NCBI GenBank assembly: GCA_035454845.1
Contig: DATIGH010000025.1
Location: 1 to 38,527, forward strand
Reading direction: 5' to 3'
Length of the DNA: 38,527 bases
Origin: Nitrospira sp.
GTDB taxonomy: Bacteria > Nitrospirota > Nitrospiria > Nitrospirales > Nitrospiraceae
Positions 1 to 8,748 of the stretch are shown here, piece after piece (the first letter of the stretch is position 1; each line of letters starts with the position of its first letter). The position numbers and the translations under genes are program-made. The notes below the pieces were generated by a model. The model did not search any database, had not been told where the DNA came from, and saw nothing but the letters and a program-made list of their open reading frames with translations.

Positions 1-374
1 AGCTGAGCAGTTCCCAGCGCGTCAATCACGGATTTGATGCCGTTGTGGCCTCCATGGCCTCCCGCCTGTTTGATGCGAAGGCGTCCTGGCTCCAAGTCCA
101 GATCGTCATGGACGAGAATGAGATCGTCGGTGGTGAGCTGGAACTCGCGGAGAAGGCCCTTCAGCGGCGGGCCGGTGAGGTTCATGAAGTCGAGCGTGGC
201 GGCCAGCTCGATCAGTTGTGAGCCGTGCCGAAGGGAAGCTCGTTGAGCCGTGCCGCGTCTGACAAGACGAGCCGACCATCGTGCCGCAGCCCGCTCGACC
301 ACCCACGTGCCGGCATTGTGTCGAGTCTGGGCATAGGTGGCGCCCGGGTTGCCCAGTCCTACGATGAGACGCAA
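1..374 (-). CDS. pth: Peptidyl-tRNA hydrolase (partial, runs off the left edge)
   Basis: Not in the ORF track. Manual translation from TTG at 374 gives MRLIVGLGNPGATYAQTRHNAGTWVVER, the Pth N-terminal signature (LIVGLGNPG..Y..TRHN.G). It starts 2 nt after the rplY stop, in the usual prs-rplY-pth order. Confidence 0.95.
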   Translation of the reverse strand, partial: MRLIVGLGNPGATYAQTRHNAGTWVVERAAARWSARLVRRGTAQRASLRHGSQLIELAATLDFMNLTGPPLKGLLREFQLTTDDLILVHDDLDLEPGRLRIKQAGGHGGHNGIKSVIDALGTAQ

Positions 375-376
375 CG

Positions 377-1180
377 TTACTTCTTCTTCTCGGCTTCTTT
401 CTTTTCGGCTTTCGGAGCAGCAGCGGCTGGGGCGCCTTCCTTCTTCTCACCTGCCTTGGCCTCCGCACCGGCTGCAGGGGCAGCGGCTCCGGCCGCAGGA
501 GCAATTCCAGCCTCCGCACCTTCCAGCGCCGCCTTGCCTTTGGCCGCAACTTCCGGTTCTTTGGCGCCCTCCGGACCTGCGGCTTGGCTGGTCAGCAACG
601 CTTCCAGCTTGGCATCGGACATCGGCACCGCCACGCTCACCACCATTTGATCAGCATCGTCTAGAAAACGTACCCCTTCCATCTTCGCCATCTCTTTGAG
701 ATGGATACCCTGTCCAATCGCCAAGCCCGACGCGTCGACCTCAATGTGATCAGGCAGCACGCCAGGCAAGCATTCAACGTGCAGTTCCCGAGTGTGGTAG
801 TGCAGGATGCCGCCTTCCTTGACGCCGACTGGCGTGCTGCCAATCACATGGACCGGCACCTTGACGCGAATCGGCTTGTCCATGGAGATTTCAAAGAGAT
901 CGGCGTGGAGTACGTGTCCCTCGACCGGATCCACCTGGAAATCACGCAGCAGCGCGGTACGCTTCGACTTGGCTTTGGCCCCGTTGACCGTCAGCGCGAT
1001 CAAAGCGGTGCTTCCGGCCTGGGACTTCAAGATCTTGTTCAACGGTTCCGGTTCGATCGTTAGCAAGAGGCACTCTCCCTGCCCATACAGCACGCCAGGG
1101 ACCTTTCCGTTCCGTCTGAGTTGACGCGCTGCGCCCTTACCGGATTTTTCTCTCACTGTCACTGCCAAATCGAATTTCAT
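377..1180 (-). CDS. rplY: 50S ribosomal protein bL25 (long Ctc/TL5 type) with Ala/Glu/Lys-rich tail
   Basis: GKGAARQLRRNGKVPGVLYG, HADLF and GVKEGG motifs; GGAGGAG Shine-Dalgarno; lies between prs and pth. Confidence 0.96.
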   Translation of the reverse strand: MKFDLAVTVREKSGKGAARQLRRNGKVPGVLYGQGECLLLTIEPEPLNKILKSQAGSTALIALTVNGAKAKSKRTALLRDFQVDPVEGHVLHADLFEISMDKPIRVKVPVHVIGSTPVGVKEGGILHYHTRELHVECLPGVLPDHIEVDASGLAIGQGIHLKEMAKMEGVRFLDDADQMVVSVAVPMSDAKLEALLTSQAAGPEGAKEPEVAAKGKAALEGAEAGIAPAAGAAAPAAGAEAKAGEKKEGAPAAAAPKAEKKEAEKKK

Positions 1181-1221
1181 GGTACTCCTCCGTCCCTCGC
1201 TTCTTTGATCTATCTCTTCGC

Positions 1222-2163
1222 TTAGGCAAACAGCGAACTGACCGACTCATCCGCATGGATGCGCCGAATGGCCTCACCCAATAGGGGAGCAACGGACAAT
1301 TGATAAATTTTCGGGCACTGCCGCTGCTTGTCCTGTATAGGAACCGTGTTCGTGACCACGACCTGTGTCAGGCAAGATTGCTGCAGCCGCTCGAGCGCCG
1401 GTCCAGAGAGCACGGCATGCGTACAAGCCGTCCACACCTCTCGGGCGCCCTTGTCGGCGCAGGCTTGAGCGCCCTGCACGATCGTACCCGCCGTATCGAT
1501 CATGTCGTCGAGCAACAGCGCGCTCCTCCCTGTGATATCACCGATGATGTTCATGATTTGCGTCTGGTTCGGACCTTCCCGCCGCTTGTCGATGATGGCG
1601 AGATTCGCCTGCAACCGCTTGGCAAACGCACGGGCCCGTTCCACACCTCCTGCATCGGGCGACACGATCACCAGGTCGCCGATCTTCTTCTTCGTGATGT
1701 AATCGAGCAGCACGGGCAAGGCATAGAGATGGTCCACCGGCACGTTGAAAAATCCCTGAATTTGCCCGGCATGCAGGTCCATGGTCAGGACCCGGTCTGA
1801 CCCCGCGGTCGTGATGAGATCTGCAACGAGTTTCGCGGTGATCGGCACCCGCGGCTGGTCCTTCCGGTCCTGCCTGGCATAGCCGAAATACGGCATGACA
1901 GCGGTGATCCGATAGGCCGAGGAGCGCTTCAAAGCGTCGATCATGATGAGCAATTCCATCAAGGAATCGTTCACGGGGCAGCAGGTGGATTGCACGACGT
2001 AGACATCCGCACCGCGCACGTTTTCTTCAATTTTGATGCGGATTTCCCCGTCGCTGAACGATGACACCGTCGCCTCACCGAGCTTCACGCCAAGATAGGC
2101 GCAAATCTCGTGAGCGAGGGCGAGATTCGCATTACCAGAGAAAATCATCAATTCTCTGCTCAT
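1222..2163 (-). CDS. prs: Ribose-phosphate pyrophosphokinase
   Basis: [38 protein letters not shown] and DDMIDTAGT motifs. Confidence 0.98.
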   Translation of the reverse strand: MSRELMIFSGNANLALAHEICAYLGVKLGEATVSSFSDGEIRIKIEENVRGADVYVVQSTCCPVNDSLMELLIMIDALKRSSAYRITAVMPYFGYARQDRKDQPRVPITAKLVADLITTAGSDRVLTMDLHAGQIQGFFNVPVDHLYALPVLLDYITKKKIGDLVIVSPDAGGVERARAFAKRLQANLAIIDKRREGPNQTQIMNIIGDITGRSALLLDDMIDTAGTIVQGAQACADKGAREVWTACTHAVLSGPALERLQQSCLTQVVVTNTVPIQDKQRQCPKIYQLSVAPLLGEAIRRIHADESVSSLFA

Positions 2164-2308
2164 GGATCCCTCGACTAATTCTCCGTACCTGGAACAGGAA
2201 GTGCTGCTCGTACGTGGTTCGTCTCGACGGCGGGCGTCGGTAGGCGTAGTCTCGAACCCGCCACCGTCATTCGCTGCGCGCTGTTGAGGAAGCCTGCTAA
2301 GGGATCGA

Positions 2309-2338
2309 ACTGTAACGGAAATCAGGGAGGCTTGTCAA
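2309..2338 (-). promoter_or_regulatory. Sigma70-type promoter for prs-rplY-pth
   Basis: TTGACA (2338-2333), 18-nt spacer, TACAGT (2314-2309) in the ispE-prs intergenic region. Confidence 0.6.
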
Positions 2339-2363
2339 CCAAATGCCCGTCATGGTCGCTGGA

Positions 2364-3284
2364 CTACGAGGTCCAGAGCGGCCCCGAACACGTCGGAACG
2401 ACGAAGACGTTGAGCGCCCGGTCCTGCGCCAGCTGAGCTCCGGCGCGGCGAGCCGTGGATTCCATTTCGAAGAGGCCGAACACCGTGGCACCGCTCCCGG
2501 ACAGGAGGGCTACTTGAGCGCCCAGACCCAGCAGCGTGCGCTTGATCTCTTGAAGAAGAGAATGCCTCGCGAATACCGGCAACTCAAAGTCATTTTCGGC
2601 GTTGGCGACCAGCTGACTCCAAGGCATCCGATCCCGGTGATCGAGCTCCACATGATCTGTCGACAATGGGCACACCCCTCTTTTGATTCGTGCCAGCTCC
2701 TGATACGCCCATTTTGTCTCGATTCCAAACGACGGCTTGGCCAGGACGACCCAGCGTTCACCTTCGATGGTGACCGCTCGCACTTGGTCGCCGCGACCCG
2801 ACACGATCGCCGACGGCGCATACAGAAAAAACGGGACATCACTGCCTAGCACCTGACCGACTTCCCCCATTTTTGTGGTCGACCATCCTAGCGTCAACAA
2901 TTTGTTGAGACCAAGGATCGTGGCTGCTGCATCACTGCTGCCCCCGCCGAGCCCACCTCCCATTGGGATCCGCTTGCGAAGCTCGATCTCGAGCCCGACA
3001 GGCCGCCCCGCTTGACTGAGAACTGCTGAAGCCGCCTTCCAGACAAGATTGGTGTCGTCGACAGACAACCCCTCGTGATCACAGGTCAGGGTGATCCCGC
3101 CGGAGGATGAAGTCACACGCATGATCACCTCGTCTTCAAGCGCGACCGTGTGCATGATCGACCAGAGGTTGTGATAGCCATCGGGGCGTCGATCTAAAAT
3201 GCGAAGAATCAGATTGACCTTGGCGGGAGCGCGAACGGTGATGGATCCGTCTGGAGGAGCGGGTGCTGACTGACCGTTAGTCAC
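2364..3284 (-). CDS. ispE: 4-diphosphocytidyl-2-C-methyl-D-erythritol kinase
   Basis: APAKVNL, RRPDGYH, KRIPMGGGLGGGSSDAA, GSDVPFF and LSGSG motifs. The GTG start overlaps the pilR stop by 8 bp. Confidence 0.96.
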   Translation of the reverse strand: MTNGQSAPAPPDGSITVRAPAKVNLILRILDRRPDGYHNLWSIMHTVALEDEVIMRVTSSSGGITLTCDHEGLSVDDTNLVWKAASAVLSQAGRPVGLEIELRKRIPMGGGLGGGSSDAAATILGLNKLLTLGWSTTKMGEVGQVLGSDVPFFLYAPSAIVSGRGDQVRAVTIEGERWVVLAKPSFGIETKWAYQELARIKRGVCPLSTDHVELDHRDRMPWSQLVANAENDFELPVFARHSLLQEIKRTLLGLGAQVALLSGSGATVFGLFEMESTARRAGAQLAQDRALNVFVVPTCSGPLWTS

Positions 3285-4662
3285 GGCCTCCTTTTATAGC
3301 ATACTTCTCCAACCGGTACCGGAACGAACGGGTATTGAGCCTGAGCAGGCGGGCCGCTTTCTTCTTCACCCATTTGGAGCGTTCCAACGCTTTCATCAGG
3401 AGATCCTTCTCGATGCCGTTGATGAGGCCTTCCAGATCCAGGCCTTCTTCCGGCAGATCAGAGGGCACGCCTTGCGACTGCTGAGGCGTGACGGCATGAT
3501 GCAGCCAGCCGCGGATGTCCGTGTCGTTGACCGAGGCACCCATCGAAAAGGCGACAACGCGTTCGATCAAATTCTCCAGTTCGCGGACGTTGCCTCGCCA
3601 CTCGTGTCCCAAGAGAACATGCATCGCTTCCGGCGTGAGACTCGGCGCCGCCTTTCCGCTTTCTTGGGCGAATTTCTGCAAAAAATGTGCGACAAGCAGC
3701 GGGATATCCCCGGCTCGAAGTCGGAGCGGCGGGAGCCGGATGGGAATGACATCGAGGCGATAGTAGAGGTCTTCTCTGAATGATCCGTCGGCGACCGCTT
3801 TTTCAAGATCGCGGTTCGTCGCGGCAATCACGCGCACATCAACCTTCATGTCTTGGTTGCCGCCGACGCGCCGGAATTCACGCTCTTGGATCACGCGCAA
3901 CAGCTTGACTTGGATGGTCGGTGTCGTATCGCCGATTTCGTCCAGGAAGATGGTTCCGCCGTTGGCGATTTCGAACAAACCCGCTTTGTTCGCGACGGCG
4001 CCGGTGAAGGAGCCTTTCATATGACCGAAGAGTTCACTCTCGAGCAACGTCTCAGGAACGGCGCTGCAATTCACAGCGACAAACGGCATGGTACTGCGGA
4101 CACTGTTGTAGTGAATCGCACGGGCGACCAGTTCTTTCCCGGTGCCGCTTTCACCGCAGATCAGCACGTTGCTCTTCGAATCAGCCACCTTGCGAACGAC
4201 ATCGAAAACCTTTTGCATGGCCTCGCTCTGCCCGACGATCTGCGCAAACGATGATTGGCTGGCGATTTCACGCTTGAGCAGCATGTTCTCTGTGGACAGA
4301 CGGCGCTTCTCAAGAGCGTTGCGAATGATGAGTTGGACTTCGTCGATCTGGAAGGGCTTGGTGAGATAGTCGTAGGCGCCTTGCTTCATCGCCTCCACGG
4401 CCGAATCGGCGGTGCCAAAGGCCGTCACAACCAGGACCACCGTTTCCGGCGATAAGGATTTCACCGCTTTGAGGACGTCCATCCCGTCGGCTTTGGGCAT
4501 GCGGAGATCGGTGATCACGAGGTCGTAGATTTCTTTATTGACCTGGCCGATCGCTTGGTCTCCATCGGAGGCTTCCGTGACGTCATATCCCGCACGCTTG
4601 AGCATGATGCTCATGACTTCGCGCAGGCTCTTCTCATCATCGACGACTAGGATCTTTTCCAC
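3277..4662 (-). CDS. pilR: Sigma54-dependent response regulator, PilR type (REC, AAA+, Fis-HTH)
   Basis: Receiver domain (ILVVDDE, DLRMP), GESGTGKE, GSFTGA, FLDEIG, FREDLYYRL, WRGNVREL and a C-terminal HTH (RSFRYRLEK). Follows pilC and a PilS-like kinase. Confidence 0.85.
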   Translation of the reverse strand: MEKILVVDDEKSLREVMSIMLKRAGYDVTEASDGDQAIGQVNKEIYDLVITDLRMPKADGMDVLKAVKSLSPETVVLVVTAFGTADSAVEAMKQGAYDYLTKPFQIDEVQLIIRNALEKRRLSTENMLLKREIASQSSFAQIVGQSEAMQKVFDVVRKVADSKSNVLICGESGTGKELVARAIHYNSVRSTMPFVAVNCSAVPETLLESELFGHMKGSFTGAVANKAGLFEIANGGTIFLDEIGDTTPTIQVKLLRVIQEREFRRVGGNQDMKVDVRVIAATNRDLEKAVADGSFREDLYYRLDVIPIRLPPLRLRAGDIPLLVAHFLQKFAQESGKAAPSLTPEAMHVLLGHEWRGNVRELENLIERVVAFSMGASVNDTDIRGWLHHAVTPQQSQGVPSDLPEEGLDLEGLINGIEKDLLMKALERSKWVKKKAARLLRLNTRSFRYRLEKYAIKGGRD

Positions 4663-6338
4663 GGCGTTCGTCCCTCATGCCACAGCCGCATCCCATCGTC
4701 ACCCGAACGGGGCAGACACACGACGAAGCGGGTCCCTTGCTGTGGCTGGCTCTCCACTTTGATCCAGCCGCCATGCAGATCCACGATGCGATGCACGGCG
4801 GCGAGGCCTAAGCCCGAGCCTTCTTTTTTGGTCGTGAAAAACGGTAGAAAGATTTTGTCGAGATTCGCTGGGGCGATGCCCTCCCCCGTGTCGTGAAAGC
4901 CGATCTCAACGACGTCGCCTTTGCGCCCCGCCGCATCGATCCGACGGCAGCCCGTGGTGATCGTCAGTTTCCCGCCGTCGGGCATGGCATCAAAGGCGTT
5001 TGTGGCGAGATTCCAAAACACTTGCCGCATCTGATTTTGGTCCACTTGGGCCACGAGGGAGCTGCCGGCCAATGACGTGGCGATGGTCACCCGTTTTCTC
5101 TTCCGGGCTTCATGTTGTACTAGATCCAACGTCTCGGCAAGAATTTTGTTTATATCGTGCTCGGCTAAGTCGAGCGCGGGCGGCCTTGCATACTGTAGAA
5201 ATTCGGTGATGATGGCGTCGAGTCTCGTCGCTTCGCGGACGGCGATATCCATCAGCCGTCGGTCGGTAGCATCGGCAGTCGCGTCCTTGCGTAACATCTG
5301 CATGGCACCGGCCAACGCCCCCAACGGGTTCCGGATTTCGTGCGCCATGCCCGCGGACATCTCGCCAAGATTAGCCAACCATTCTTTGCGCCGCATTTCT
5401 TCTTCCAGGTCTCTAATCTGGGTGAGGTCCTTAAACACTCCGACCAATCCATGCGGCTCCTCCTGCTCGTGCAGCGGTGAGACGGTCATGCCGAGCACGA
5501 GCCGGTTGCCGTTGGCACCCTTGCATTCCACTTCAAACCGCGTCATGGGGGGCATTCCCTCTGATGACCCGTCATCCGAAAGCAGGTTCGGATGCCAATT
5601 AAAGATGTCGCGCCAAGACCGTCCGAGAACTTGCGTGAGCGAATATCCCGTCACTTCCTGAGCAGCGGGATTGAATGAAGTGATCGCACCCAGCGCGTCG
5701 GCCGTAAATACCCCGCTACTGATGCTGCGGACGATGTTTTCGTGAAAGGCCTGGAGCCGGTTGAGTCCCTGCTCTTTCTCACGCAGCGTTTGATCGGCGC
5801 GCGAGAGTTGATCCGCCAGGGTTCCGCCTAACAGCCCGACAACGAGCAACGCTAGGGCATAGACGCCGAAGGTTTGAAGCATCTCCGCCGCGCTGACATG
5901 GCTCATCTGGCCAGACCAGGTTGGGGCCAATCCGTAGAGTTGCGCGTTTGTGACGACGCCGAACACGATGATGGAGGTACAGGCGGCAAACAGTCCGACG
6001 CGGCGCTGCGGAATCAAGCTGGCAACGGCCACCGTGATGACATAGAGCACCGCAAAAGGGCTCTCCACGCCGCCGGTGCGGGCCACCAGAATGGTTTCCA
6101 GCAGGAAATCGATGCCGACTTGCGTCCCAAAAAATGCCTTGAGGGCGGACGACGTCTTGAGAGCACGAAGCAGCAGTGCAGATGGGATCGTGAGGGCGTA
6201 GGTCAGGACGATAAGCGCGTAGAAGGTTTCTTCACGCTCACCGGCTGCTTCGAAAACAAGGGACACGCCGAGCATCAAGGTGACGAACGTCACCCTCAGC
6301 CCCATCAACCAATGCAGTCTAGCCCGTAACGCGTCCAT
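4647..6338 (-). CDS. pilS: Membrane sensor histidine kinase, PilS type (multi-TM, PAS, HisKA, HATPase)
   Basis: Hydrophobic N-terminus with TGGVESPF, PAS (FNPAAQEVTG), AHEIRNPL, NLATNA, DTGEGI, FFTTK and GSGLGL. ATG 6338 is preferred; GTG 6365 is the alternative and lies inside a hairpin. Confidence 0.85.
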   Translation of the reverse strand: MDALRARLHWLMGLRVTFVTLMLGVSLVFEAAGEREETFYALIVLTYALTIPSALLLRALKTSSALKAFFGTQVGIDFLLETILVARTGGVESPFAVLYVITVAVASLIPQRRVGLFAACTSIIVFGVVTNAQLYGLAPTWSGQMSHVSAAEMLQTFGVYALALLVVGLLGGTLADQLSRADQTLREKEQGLNRLQAFHENIVRSISSGVFTADALGAITSFNPAAQEVTGYSLTQVLGRSWRDIFNWHPNLLSDDGSSEGMPPMTRFEVECKGANGNRLVLGMTVSPLHEQEEPHGLVGVFKDLTQIRDLEEEMRRKEWLANLGEMSAGMAHEIRNPLGALAGAMQMLRKDATADATDRRLMDIAVREATRLDAIITEFLQYARPPALDLAEHDINKILAETLDLVQHEARKRKRVTIATSLAGSSLVAQVDQNQMRQVFWNLATNAFDAMPDGGKLTITTGCRRIDAAGRKGDVVEIGFHDTGEGIAPANLDKIFLPFFTTKKEGSGLGLAAVHRIVDLHGGWIKVESQPQQGTRFVVCLPRSGDDGMRLWHEGRTPWKRS

Positions 6339-6352
6339 GAATTGTCGCGTTG

Positions 6353-6378
6353 AAAAGATGCTCACCCCAGTGGGTGAG
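6353..6378 (-). terminator. Possible weak intrinsic terminator or attenuator between pilC and pilS
   Basis: Minus-strand hairpin CTCACCC-ACTG-GGGTGAG followed by CATCTTTT. The U-tract is short and offset from the stem. Confidence 0.3.
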
Positions 6379-6412
6379 GCATTGAAGGAGCCCTTCGTAC
6401 GGCGGGAACGGC

Positions 6413-7624
6413 CTAGCCAATTGCGGATGCCATCTTGAAGATGGGCAGATACATCGCGATAACAATGAACCCGATCACGACGCCTAGGAATACCATCATC
6501 ATCGGTTCCAGCAGTGACGTCAGTGAGGCGACGGCTTGATCGACTTCATCCTCATAGAAATCGGCGATCTTTCCCAACATAGCGTCCAGCGCGCCAGTGG
6601 ATTCTCCGACGGCAATCATGTGGGTGACCATCTTGGGAAACACTTGGCTTGCGGTCAGGGGGTCGGCAATGGTCTTGCCCCCGCTGATGCTGACCCGCGC
6701 ATTTAACAGTGCCTCTTCAATGACCTTGTTGCCAGAGGTTTTCGCACAGATGGACAAGCCGTCCAATAACGGAACACCGCTCGAGAGCAGAGTTCCTAGC
6801 GTGCGTGTGAATTTCGCCACGGACGCCTTTCGAATGAGATCGCCAAAGATCGGCGTCTTTAGCAGGAACTTATCGATGGCCATTCTCCCCTTAGGCGTCG
6901 CGTAGTATTTCTTGACCAGCATGACCGCGCCCACCATAAGGCCTAATCCGATGTACCAAAGCGATTGAAAGGCGTTGCTGATATCGATCACAAGCTGCGT
7001 GGGGCCCGGCAAGCCGACCTTTCCGCCGGAGAGCTCGTTGAACATTTGTGCGAAAATGGGGATGACGAAGATCATCAAGACGGTGATGACGATGCCCGCC
7101 ACGCCGAGAATCGCCGAGGGATAGATCATGGCGGATTTGATCTGTCCCTTCAGCTTCATCGCTTTTTCAATGTGCTTGGCCAGGCGGGTCAAAATGGTGT
7201 CAAGGAGACCGCCGACTTCGCCGGCATGCACCATGTTCACATAGAGGTCATCGAAGATTTTGGGATGTTTTCGCAGCGCGTCCGAAAAAGTCGAACCGGC
7301 TTCCACCTGTCCCCTCACATCGGCGACAGTTTCCCGCAAGACCTTGTTTTCCGACTGTGTAGACAGAATCTCCAGGCATTGCACGAGCGGCAGGCCGGCG
7401 TTGATCATGGTGCCGAATTGTCTCGTGAAGACGACAAGATCCTTGTCGGTCAATCCGGTGCCGAAACTGAGCTTGAGTCCACCGCCCGTTTTCTCCTCAA
7501 GACTCGTGACGACGACGCTTTGTTTGCGAAGCTGGTCGACCGCCTCGTCTTTACTCTTGGCGGACAATTCCCCTTTTTTCACCGCTCCGGATCGTGTCCG
7601 CCCGACATAGGCAAATGTCGCCAT
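6413..7624 (-). CDS. pilC: Type IV pilus inner-membrane platform protein PilC (GspF family)
   Basis: FTRQFGTMINAGLPL, AGEVGGLLD, SAMIYP, FTRTLGTLLSSGVPLL, VGESTGALD, LLEP and AMYLPIF; two GspF repeats. Confidence 0.95.
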   Translation of the reverse strand: MATFAYVGRTRSGAVKKGELSAKSKDEAVDQLRKQSVVVTSLEEKTGGGLKLSFGTGLTDKDLVVFTRQFGTMINAGLPLVQCLEILSTQSENKVLRETVADVRGQVEAGSTFSDALRKHPKIFDDLYVNMVHAGEVGGLLDTILTRLAKHIEKAMKLKGQIKSAMIYPSAILGVAGIVITVLMIFVIPIFAQMFNELSGGKVGLPGPTQLVIDISNAFQSLWYIGLGLMVGAVMLVKKYYATPKGRMAIDKFLLKTPIFGDLIRKASVAKFTRTLGTLLSSGVPLLDGLSICAKTSGNKVIEEALLNARVSISGGKTIADPLTASQVFPKMVTHMIAVGESTGALDAMLGKIADFYEDEVDQAVASLTSLLEPMMMVFLGVVIGFIVIAMYLPIFKMASAIG

Positions 7625-7683
7625 GGGTCGCTCTTCCTCTTCGAGGCTCCGTCAGTTTTGTTGGCAGAATTACCTACTTGGCG

Positions 7684-7712
7684 AGTCTACTGGCGACCTG
7701 AAACCCTGTCAA
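7684..7712 (-). promoter_or_regulatory. Sigma70-type promoter for pilC
   Basis: TTGACA (7712-7707), 17-nt spacer, TAGACT (7689-7684), 60 nt upstream of the pilC ATG. Confidence 0.7.
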
Positions 7713-7771
7713 ACAAATGCAGAATCTATGCGTATGCAAACGGGGATGGCATTGAAGAACGCGCGCAGGGC

Positions 7772-8308
7772 TCAGGAAGGGGATGCTCCGACAGACCGAT
7801 AGCCACGATAGAGATAATGACAGCCGGAGGAGACCGTCAAGGCTACCATGACAACCAACAGCGGGGTGAGTAAGGACAGATCCATTTGTCGCGAGCTCAG
7901 GAGAATCACGAGCAGGACATAGGCAAGCTGGAAAAACGTCGCGCCCTTTCCGAGAATCGTGGGCGCAATGTTGATATTGGATTCGCTAAACTGTGCGACC
8001 GCTGTTCCCAGCAGCAGCATGACATCCCGGCTCACGACGACGATGGTGACCCACGAAGGAATGAGATGGATGCTGGACAGCGTGATGAATCCGGACGTGA
8101 GAAGCAGTTTATCCGCCAACGGGTCGAGAAAAGCGCCCAAACGCGTCCGTTGATTTGCGGCTCGCGCAATGGTTCCATCAAGCGCATCGGTCACACCGGC
8201 CAGGACTAACACCCCCATTGCGGCATCGAACCGCTCGTAAACCAATAAGCCCACATAAATCGGAATCAATAATATGCGAAGGATAGTGAGGCTGTTGGGA
8301 ATATTCAT
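7772..8308 (-). CDS. CDP-alcohol phosphatidyltransferase (PgsA / cardiolipin synthase-like)
   Basis: NIPNSLTILR start and the family signature DALDGTIAR...LGAFLDPLADK; several transmembrane segments. Substrate cannot be determined from sequence. Confidence 0.9.
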   Translation of the reverse strand: MNIPNSLTILRILLIPIYVGLLVYERFDAAMGVLVLAGVTDALDGTIARAANQRTRLGAFLDPLADKLLLTSGFITLSSIHLIPSWVTIVVVSRDVMLLLGTAVAQFSESNINIAPTILGKGATFFQLAYVLLVILLSSRQMDLSLLTPLLVVMVALTVSSGCHYLYRGYRSVGASPS

Positions 8309-8337
8309 GCCACACGCGGCACCGCGACGAGCACGGA

Positions 8338-8399
8338 ATAATAGGTGGGACCTGCAATGAAGTCAACGGCTTGCAGTCAGCTTCGGATGTGCCTATACT
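8338..8399. promoter_or_regulatory. Back-to-back divergent sigma70 promoters
   Basis: Minus strand: TTGACT (8366-8361), N17, TATTAT (8343-8338). Plus strand: TTGCAG (8371-8376), N17, TATACT (8394-8399). Confidence 0.65.
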
Positions 8400-8428
8400 G
8401 CGGACTCCGCGTGAGCACGGAGGGGTCG

Positions 8429-8746
8429 ATGAATGTTCTGGCTTCGCTCTTCAAAAGAGACGGACTCGTCGAGAAACATCAGTTGGAGGGAGTCGATCCG
8501 AGCGAGCGCTATTTCAACCGGGCGGTTCTCGTCAATCGCACATCCTCCGGCTACGCGGCGAAAGTCATGTATGAGGCGCTGACCGTAGAAGGCCAGTCGC
8601 ATCCCACGATCGCAGCCGCCGTCACGGAACTGGTCCAGAAACTTCACGCACTTGGTTTCACTCACCTCAGAACCAGGGCCAATTTCAAGGGCACCAAGTA
8701 CCTCGCGGAAAAAGAAACCTGGATTGAATATCCAGATCCATCCTGA
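8429..8746 (+). CDS. Hypothetical protein, 105 aa (MNVLASLFKRDG...)
   Basis: ATG 8429 preceded by GGAGGGG and a good promoter; fills the gap between two minus-strand genes; protein-like composition. The ORF-track start at 8345 lies upstream of the promoter. Confidence 0.75.
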   Translation: MNVLASLFKRDGLVEKHQLEGVDPSERYFNRAVLVNRTSSGYAAKVMYEALTVEGQSHPTIAAAVTELVQKLHALGFTHLRTRANFKGTKYLAEKETWIEYPDPS

Positions 8747-8748
8747 CA

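Noticed and set aside
377-590. Low-complexity Ala/Lys/Glu repeats at the end of rplY
   Set aside because: Variable disordered tails are common in long-form bL25/Ctc proteins; there is no fixed period.
2164-2363. tRNA-Gln expected between ispE and prs
   Set aside because: Two T-loop-like words (GTTCGATCCC, GGGTTCGAG) are present, but no acceptor stem, D-arm or anticodon arm could be formed.
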